A stretch of 41,655 bases of DNA from a virus (lineage: Duplodnaviria; Caudoviricetes), in IMG/VR virus record IMGVR_UViG_3300032235_000202, positions 1 through 41,655 of that record, one strand, 5' to 3'. This document shows, one piece after another, positions 36,022 through 41,655 of the stretch. The notes beneath the pieces were generated by a model, which did not search any database, was not told where the DNA came from, and saw only the letters and a program-made list of their open reading frames with translations. Numbering within the stretch: position 1 is the stretch's first letter; each line of letters begins with the position of its first letter. The position numbers were made by a program, and so were the translations under genes.

Positions 36022-36285
36022 ATGGTAAAGACATTCAGAATTGGAGAGTACGCCGTAGGTGGCGTAATTAAGGCTACAGTTAAGCCGTACAATGGTAGGA
36101 TACACTGCACAATAAACTTTCAGGATTACGATACAAGAGAGAATGTACTAACCATGCACAATCAACTAGGCTTGTCGCACTCAATGGAACAGGTAGATTC
36201 ATTCCTAGAGGCTCACACTTCGTACCACTACGCTCAGAAAGTATCTGACTGGATTCAATCAAGTTATAACAAACAAAAACCATAA
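36022..36285 (+). CDS. Hypothetical protein
   Basis: 87-aa ORF in the early gene array. Confidence 0.6.
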   Translation: MVKTFRIGEYAVGGVIKATVKPYNGRIHCTINFQDYDTRENVLTMHNQLGLSHSMEQVDSFLEAHTSYHYAQKVSDWIQSSYNKQKP

Positions 36286-36287
36286 CC

Positions 36288-36575
36288 ATGCAGACCAAAA
36301 ACGGAATCAGGGTCACAAAGTTGACCAAGCTTGACACAGTTTACGTAGGTTTAGTAAACGGGAAACTAATGTCTTGGAGTCTTGACGGAAGACACGCAAA
36401 CAAGAGGCAGTCTAAGTACGACCTAGCCATCAAGAATTCTGACGATACTCCGAAGTATGTCAACGTTGTCATTGCTAATGGAGTCAAGACAACATCACGA
36501 AGGGTGTACAACTCAGTAGAAGAAGCTCAAGAGAATGCTCCACCAAAGGGTTACATAAAAACGATTCAGATATGA
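36288..36575 (+). CDS. Hypothetical protein
   Basis: 95-aa ORF in the early gene array. Confidence 0.6.
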   Translation: MQTKNGIRVTKLTKLDTVYVGLVNGKLMSWSLDGRHANKRQSKYDLAIKNSDDTPKYVNVVIANGVKTTSRRVYNSVEEAQENAPPKGYIKTIQI

Positions 36576-36658
36576 GCGGTATACTATTAGTTGGGGCAGT
36601 CTTCTTCGGCTGCCTCCTACTAATTATCCTAATAAACTACTGGATAATTAAGAAATAA
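36572..36658 (+). CDS. 28-aa single-pass membrane peptide (not in ORF track)
   Basis: MSGILLVGAVFFGCLLLIILINYWIIKK; ATGA overlap; the same DNA also forms a GGGGCAGTC/GGCTGCCTC hairpin. Confidence 0.45.
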   Translation: MSGILLVGAVFFGCLLLIILINYWIIKK

Positions 36659-36694
36659 ATTTGTTTGCTGAATAGCAATAAATTAACTTTACGT

Positions 36695-36916
36695 ATGGAA
36701 GATTTTAATGTAATCACCGACACCGATATGCACAAGATAGAACTAAAGTACAAGACAGCACTAGAACATCTGACAAAGTATCAGATTCTTGTGAACATAG
36801 CCGTAGCCAACATGAAGGTTAACGGAACAGAATACTTGGAAGGTATAGCAGACCTAATCGATACCAAGCATCAGGAACTATTAGACGAACAATCAACTAA
36901 ACTATTTAGCAAATGA
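36695..36916 (+). CDS. Hypothetical protein
   Basis: Likely ATG at 36695, 3 nt after promoter-like TAACTTTA, with TTTG upstream at 36660-36667. Confidence 0.55.
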   Translation: MEDFNVITDTDMHKIELKYKTALEHLTKYQILVNIAVANMKVNGTEYLEGIADLIDTKHQELLDEQSTKLFSK

Positions 36917-37149
36917 ACTACGAAATCAAGGGACACATCAGACACGATTACGAATCAGATTACACCACACACTCAACTGAATACGCAGACTACAATGACG
37001 CATTAGATAACTACATATCTATATACAGCGGCGTAGCATCTGACATAGCTCAGCTTGGTGGAGACTTTGTCATCAGCCTAATTCAGTGGAACGATGACAA
37101 CACGTTTGTAATGCTCAAGAGACACACACTCAACACAACAGTAGTATGA
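36913..37149 (+). CDS. Hypothetical protein
   Basis: 78 aa, ATGA overlaps. Confidence 0.55.
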   Translation: MNYEIKGHIRHDYESDYTTHSTEYADYNDALDNYISIYSGVASDIAQLGGDFVISLIQWNDDNTFVMLKRHTLNTTVV

Positions 37150-37358
37150 CTAACTTAAAGAAGGCAGTTGACATCCTATCCAAGAATGAAAGATTCAACA
37201 ACGTATCCGTAATTGGAGAGCTGAATTGGAAATCTATACCTGAGTCATACGTAGTAGACGAGGTGTACATAGACAACAAGCACAGGATTGACATACTGAA
37301 GCAAGACAAGACAATAATTGTAAAAATTCACAACATAGGTTTATTTCAAGTTATATGA
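37146..37358 (+). CDS. Hypothetical protein
   Basis: 70 aa, ATGA overlaps. Confidence 0.55.
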   Translation: MTNLKKAVDILSKNERFNNVSVIGELNWKSIPESYVVDEVYIDNKHRIDILKQDKTIIVKIHNIGLFQVI

Positions 37359-37708
37359 GTCCATACGTAATGCCGGGCATAAAGGATGTATCAATTAAGC
37401 TGGTTGCACCTATAAAGAAGCAGCCAATAGATAGAATATTAAACATAGTTACTGAGGAGTTCGATGTCACAGTGAGTGAGATAGTTGGTAAGACAAGAGA
37501 CAGGAGAATAGTGGAGGCTAGGCAGGTTATATGCCACATCATGGTTGTCAGGATGAGGCTAACACTAAAGTACACAGGCATTAATGCTCTTGGAGGTAGA
37601 GACCACACCACTGTGATACACTCCATAAAGATGTTTAATAACATGTACGAGACAGATGAAGAGTACAGAAGAAGGGCTGATAAAGCAATAGATAGATTTA
37701 ATATATGA
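37355..37708 (+). CDS. Stand-alone DnaA C-terminal (domain IV) helix-turn-helix protein
   Basis: EIVGKTRDRRIVEARQV..LGGRDHTTVIHS, the DnaA signature; no AAA+ domain. Confidence 0.85.
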   Translation: MSPYVMPGIKDVSIKLVAPIKKQPIDRILNIVTEEFDVTVSEIVGKTRDRRIVEARQVICHIMVVRMRLTLKYTGINALGGRDHTTVIHSIKMFNNMYETDEEYRRRADKAIDRFNI

Positions 37709-38094
37709 CACAAGGACAAGTAGAATCACTGAACCTAGTATATGCTAGTGTATGCAACGGGTACATGTACTCTCGTGACCTTTACAAGGATGAGACATTT
37801 AGTAAGTCTGGCAGAGATGCAATCAGACCAATCATGCAAAAATTTGAATGGATGAAGAAGTCAATAGAAGCAAAGGTTGGAAGCTACCGCATCAAAGATA
37901 TAGACACGCTGAGATTTGATGAGATTCTCAGGTTGCTATCTACGTTACCCGTTGAGGCACAGAATGGACTAGAAAAACTAATAGCAGACTATGTTGATAA
38001 GTATGCGATGGATAAAATGTCTGAACTGCAGACACCTATTCACACAGACAGTTACGAAGAAGAAGCTCAGCCAACCGATTTGTCCGACCTGTAA
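37705..38094 (+). CDS. Hypothetical protein
   Basis: 129 aa, ATGA overlap. Confidence 0.55.
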   Translation: MTQGQVESLNLVYASVCNGYMYSRDLYKDETFSKSGRDAIRPIMQKFEWMKKSIEAKVGSYRIKDIDTLRFDEILRLLSTLPVEAQNGLEKLIADYVDKYAMDKMSELQTPIHTDSYEEEAQPTDLSDL

Positions 38095-38105
38095 AACTAA
38101 CAATT

Positions 38106-38345
38106 ATGTTTACACAAAGATTTATAAAGCTGCCGATAAGGCTGTACAACCAAGAGATGGAGTCACTCACAGGAGTGAATGAAGAGTTTGAGACCTACGA
38201 GATGGTCAACCCGTTTAACATCATGTCCTATAGACCATCCAAAGACCCTGACGGGTTTACGTACGTCACGTTCAAGAACAGCACAGGCATGGTGGTCTAC
38301 ATGGACATAGATGATTTCGAGAAGCTACTAAACTCAACTGAATGA
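38106..38345 (+). CDS. Hypothetical protein
   Basis: 79-aa ORF. Confidence 0.6.
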   Translation: MFTQRFIKLPIRLYNQEMESLTGVNEEFETYEMVNPFNIMSYRPSKDPDGFTYVTFKNSTGMVVYMDIDDFEKLLNSTE

Positions 38346-38674
38346 AGAGCGAACAAGAAGTAAGGTACGACATCCAAGTTCTAGGTCAGATGATTGCTGA
38401 GAAACCTACTGCGTCACGCAAGAACAGACTAAACGAACTCAATCAGGTGCTGAGGTACATATTAACAAACCCAACCGAAGAGTTCGTAAGGAAACAACTT
38501 GAGCAAGTCTCCCTGAAGATTAAGAAGACGCTTGAGTTAGGTCCAAATGAATCTCACTACAGGTTCACTGAGCCGTACAAAAGAGCAATGAAGCAGTACG
38601 AGAAGGACTCAGGCATCGTGCAGATGATGAAGCAGCAATCAATACTAGTTTACATCCTTAACGACTCATTATGA
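38342..38674 (+). CDS. Hypothetical protein
   Basis: 110 aa, helical. Confidence 0.6.
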   Translation: MKSEQEVRYDIQVLGQMIAEKPTASRKNRLNELNQVLRYILTNPTEEFVRKQLEQVSLKIKKTLELGPNESHYRFTEPYKRAMKQYEKDSGIVQMMKQQSILVYILNDSL

Positions 38675-38883
38675 CAACATTCTCTTCAATGAGTGAGCAG
38701 GAAAGAAGCCTGTTCATAGCACGTCTACATCACGCCATATGGCACGATGAGCAGACATTCAGAAACATTCAGAACTCAGTAGCACAGGCAGAGTTCAAGA
38801 TACCAAAGGCAGAATACTTCCATAAACAAGACAACTATGACGTTACTAGAAAGAATTCAATCGGAACTAGACTACTTAACTAA
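38671..38883 (+). CDS. Hypothetical protein
   Basis: 70 aa, ATGA overlap. Confidence 0.5.
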   Translation: MTTFSSMSEQERSLFIARLHHAIWHDEQTFRNIQNSVAQAEFKIPKAEYFHKQDNYDVTRKNSIGTRLLN

Positions 38884-39004
38884 CTACGATGATACCAAGA
38901 AGCGTATCCTGTTTGATGAGTTTGCCATTGAGTTCTATGAGCTTCAAGACAGCATGACTGACGATGAAGTTACAGAGTTCTGTAAGGAAATTGTTTACCA
39001 GTAA
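38837..39004 (+). CDS. Hypothetical acidic protein, 55 aa (not in ORF track)
   Basis: MTLLERIQSELDYLTNYDD...; fills the gap before the kinase gene. Confidence 0.55.
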   Translation: MTLLERIQSELDYLTNYDDTKKRILFDEFAIEFYELQDSMTDDEVTEFCKEIVYQ

Positions 39005-39014
39005 AAGAAACGCC

Positions 39015-39542
39015 ATGATTATATCACTATCTGGAGTTGCCCTTGCCGGAAAGGATGAGGTAGCCAAGATGATTAAGAACTACGACAACAGATTTCAAAT
39101 CAAAGGCTTCTCACAGAAGCTCAAGGAGATTGCCGTAAGCCTGACAGGGATACCGTACGAGCACTGGGAAGACCAGTCATTCAAGAAGAAGAGGCTAGAG
39201 GGTTGGGACATGGATGCTAGGACATTCATGCAGAAGCTTGGAACTGAGGCGGTACGTAATGGCTTACATCCTGACGCTTGGGTTATGGCTATGATGAGTG
39301 AGTTTAGGCAAGGTGACTACTGGGTTGTAAAAGATTGCAGGTTCTCTAATGAGTACGAGACAATGCTTTCCTACGGAGCAGATACGGTTCAAGTCATAAG
39401 ACCCGGATACAGAGAGGTAAATGACCACATCTCAGAGAGGTCGCTACATGGCGTGTGCTTCCACCACTACATCATGAACGATGGAAGCCTTCAGGATTTA
39501 GAAGACAACGTTCACCAACTAATGTCAAACATAGGACTATGA
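39015..39542 (+). CDS. Deoxynucleoside monophosphate kinase (T4 gp1-like)
   Basis: P-loop SLSGVALAGKD, RTFMQKLGTEAVR, DCRFSNE, HISE and NDGSLQDL; likely ATG at 39015. Confidence 0.85.
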   Translation: MIISLSGVALAGKDEVAKMIKNYDNRFQIKGFSQKLKEIAVSLTGIPYEHWEDQSFKKKRLEGWDMDARTFMQKLGTEAVRNGLHPDAWVMAMMSEFRQGDYWVVKDCRFSNEYETMLSYGADTVQVIRPGYREVNDHISERSLHGVCFHHYIMNDGSLQDLEDNVHQLMSNIGL

Positions 39543-39745
39543 AAGAAGTAATCATTGGAGACAGCGAGCCTTTCTCAGTAACGTTCTCAGACGGAAACAA
39601 ATGGAAAAAGATTCAGCTAGAATATCGTGAAGATGTGTTCAAGCTTGCATCAATGTTTCAGCTATTTCTAGTAGAGAACTACATACCATTTCAAGTAATT
39701 AAAAAAGAAGACAATGAACCAGACAGCAGTATCTTGGCTCACTGA
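39539..39745 (+). CDS. Hypothetical protein
   Basis: 68 aa from the ATGA overlap at 39539. Confidence 0.55.
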   Translation: MKEVIIGDSEPFSVTFSDGNKWKKIQLEYREDVFKLASMFQLFLVENYIPFQVIKKEDNEPDSSILAH

Positions 39746-40049
39746 GGAACTCATGCAACACCTATCTGACGAACAAAAGGTATCGCTTATAGGACTATTT
39801 ACGATAGCCGAAGACATGGAGAGGCAACAGCTACTAGACTTTGGCTACAGGGTACGGCAGATTGAGGATGTAAGCGAGATATACTCAGGCATGGTGTGTG
39901 TGTTCAAGACACACCCAGAGAGGTTGTACGAAGACTACTTCATTCAGCCAACCATCAAGAAGGCCGTACATAGGATAGCGAGGAGGAAGGGAATGGATTA
40001 CGCACCATCAGTTCACGAAATACAAAAAGAAATAGATGAACAGAATTGA
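39714..40049 (+). CDS. Hypothetical protein, TAVxWL family
   Basis: QTAVSWL...AEDMERQQLLDF; similar to the ORF at 41471. Confidence 0.6.
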   Translation: MNQTAVSWLTEELMQHLSDEQKVSLIGLFTIAEDMERQQLLDFGYRVRQIEDVSEIYSGMVCVFKTHPERLYEDYFIQPTIKKAVHRIARRKGMDYAPSVHEIQKEIDEQN

Positions 40050-40677
40050 ACTCATAGGATACTACGGAAACGACACGGTTCACGCACAATCCGCTTGGAC
40101 AAGCACAAGCAGGGAGCTGACGCAAGAGAAGAAGGATAGAATACCAGCACTTCTATCCATGTTAGCAACGGAAGGACACCACACGCCATTCGAGAAGAGT
40201 AGCCTACACTTCTTAGTTACATGCGACCAAGCCAGTCACATCCACCTGCTGAAGCATCGTATTGGTGTCTCCATAAACGGAGAGTCAGCTAGGTATAAGG
40301 AGCTCAAGGAGGACAAGTACTACATACCTGAGGATTGGATGGATATAAAGCTAGAGGGACTTGGCGAGACTTGGGGCGAGATACTGAACAGCATGACTAG
40401 CATCAGCAATAGATGGTATCACCAATGCCTTCAAGACCTGACACCGATACTTGGCAGGAAGAGAGCCAAGGAATCTGCTAGGTTCTTCAAGATGATGAAC
40501 TCTCAGATAACTATGGATGTCATGTTCAACTGGAGGTCGTTCGCACACTTCCAAGGTCTTCGCAACTCAGAGCATTCGCAGAAAGAAATCCGTGAGATAG
40601 CACAGCAGATGCTGAATCTTGTCAAGGAGATAGAAGGCAACCCATTCGAACACACAATAAAAGCATTCGGGTTATGA
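40036..40677 (+). CDS. thyX: FAD-dependent thymidylate synthase
   Basis: GHHTPFE, LLKHR..SINGESARY, KESARF, NWRSFAHF..LR and HSQKEIR motifs. Confidence 0.92.
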   Translation: MNRIELIGYYGNDTVHAQSAWTSTSRELTQEKKDRIPALLSMLATEGHHTPFEKSSLHFLVTCDQASHIHLLKHRIGVSINGESARYKELKEDKYYIPEDWMDIKLEGLGETWGEILNSMTSISNRWYHQCLQDLTPILGRKRAKESARFFKMMNSQITMDVMFNWRSFAHFQGLRNSEHSQKEIREIAQQMLNLVKEIEGNPFEHTIKAFGL

Positions 40678-40925
40678 AGAATCACCTAAAGGATTTAGTT
40701 GATAAGATGTTTGAGATATCCGGTCATCCTATGAATTATGAAGATGTACGAAGCAGGACTGACAATTGGTATCAGCAGTACACTATGACGGAAGAACAGA
40801 ATAAAGAGTGGAGAGACTGGGGTGTCAAGCATCTAAAGAAAGTTAGGAAATGGAATAAACATCTTGCTGAAAGGGAGATGGCTATGTTAGACCTTTATAT
40901 TGGACTTAAAATTGAAAACAAATGA
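40674..40925 (+). CDS. Hypothetical protein
   Basis: 83 aa, ATGA overlaps. Confidence 0.6.
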   Translation: MKNHLKDLVDKMFEISGHPMNYEDVRSRTDNWYQQYTMTEEQNKEWRDWGVKHLKKVRKWNKHLAEREMAMLDLYIGLKIENK

Positions 40926-41254
40926 GTGGAGGGAAATTTTCCTATGACCAGTACAAGATTGGCTACATAGCCGATGAGATAGAGCAGGAGATACGTAATA
41001 GTGGCAAGCCTAAGACCAGAGAAGAGCTTAAAGAAGAAAAATGGAGAGATGATGAGTGGTACAGGAAATACCCTGAAGAGCTATACCACTACAAGTATTC
41101 TGATGAGGTTATAGAGGAGTTTAAAAGAGCTGTATACTTCCTTAAGAAGGCACAGATTTACGCACACAGGGTAGATTGGCTGCTGTCATCAGATGATGGT
41201 GAAGAGTCATTCCTTGAGAGGTTAGATGAAGAACTAAAAAAACTAGACGCATGA
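40922..41254 (+). CDS. Conserved phage hypothetical protein
   Basis: MSGGKFSY...HRVDWLLSSDDGEESF. Confidence 0.65.
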   Translation: MSGGKFSYDQYKIGYIADEIEQEIRNSGKPKTREELKEEKWRDDEWYRKYPEELYHYKYSDEVIEEFKRAVYFLKKAQIYAHRVDWLLSSDDGEESFLERLDEELKKLDA

Positions 41255-41414
41255 CACCAAAAGAACAACAAAAGAAACTAATAACAGAAATTATGGAATA
41301 AGATGCTAAGGATGGGTTGTATAAGTTTGATTACAAGAAGACATCGCTATTAAAAATAAAAACAGGACGCAGTTTTTTATTGTCCAGTAGCTTTAGATTA
41401 GTATCATATCGTTG
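41251..41414 (+). pseudogene. Short ORF interrupted by an in-frame TAA
   Basis: MTPKEQQKKLITEIME*DAKDGLY; TAA at 41299-41301. Confidence 0.35.
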
Positions 41415-41470
41415 ACACCAACGAAATGGTCAACAAATTCGGAAATTCCGAATAATTAAAAATAAATAAC

Positions 41471-41655
41471 ATGACAGCAGTAGAATGGTTAGTTGGACAA
41501 CTCGAATCAGAAAAATATCAAAAAGCGTATGGGGATACTTACATATCCGTTGACTTAATGGCAAAAGCCAAACAAAAGGAAAAAGAACAGATGATTGATT
41601 TTGCTAAACAATGGGAATTAAGGCAAAACGATGGTAATTTAGATACTATTGAAAT
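41471..41655 (+). CDS. Hypothetical protein, TAVEWL family (partial)
   Basis: MTAVEWLVGQL...AKQKEKEQMIDF, open to the end of the window. Confidence 0.65.
   Translation, partial: MTAVEWLVGQLESEKYQKAYGDTYISVDLMAKAKQKEKEQMIDFAKQWELRQNDGNLDTIE

Noticed and set aside
31129-40685. Minus-strand and alternative-frame ORFs in the right arm (other than 38003-38182)
   Set aside because: They overlap well-supported plus-strand genes that tile with ATGA junctions
1-41655. Stop-codon reassignment as in some crAss-like phages
   Set aside because: Long genes are intact in the standard code and TAA, TAG and TGA all end genes; the single in-frame TAA at 41299 is isolated

Overview
Fragment of a tailed phage genome with crAss-like architecture and a probable Bacteroidota host, read in the standard genetic code. 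The left arm (1-29.0 kb, minus strand) is the virion and packaging module: tail fibre, a 2553-aa ejection/polyvalent protein with zincin and ADP-ribosyltransferase-like domains, two further putative ejection proteins, tail stabilisation and ring proteins, major capsid, scaffold, portal, terminase, a tandem-GroES protein, six small basic proteins and a RepL-like HTH protein. Many of these genes follow Bacteroidota TAnnTTTG promoter elements. A 1.45-kb non-coding divergence region (29.04-30.50 kb) holds iteron-like repeats next to a DnaA box, 11-bp-phased TTAAC boxes, boxA-like motifs, a candidate ~340-nt structured RNA and tRNA-top-half-like elements. The right arm (30.5-41.7 kb, plus strand) is a dense early region of small genes, including a Cys-rich gp88/radical-SAM-like protein, a DUF932-like protein, a stand-alone DnaA domain IV, a dNMP kinase and ThyX. 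GATC and CCWGG appear to be strongly avoided. All family calls are from motif recognition and gene order by eye; no search was run.
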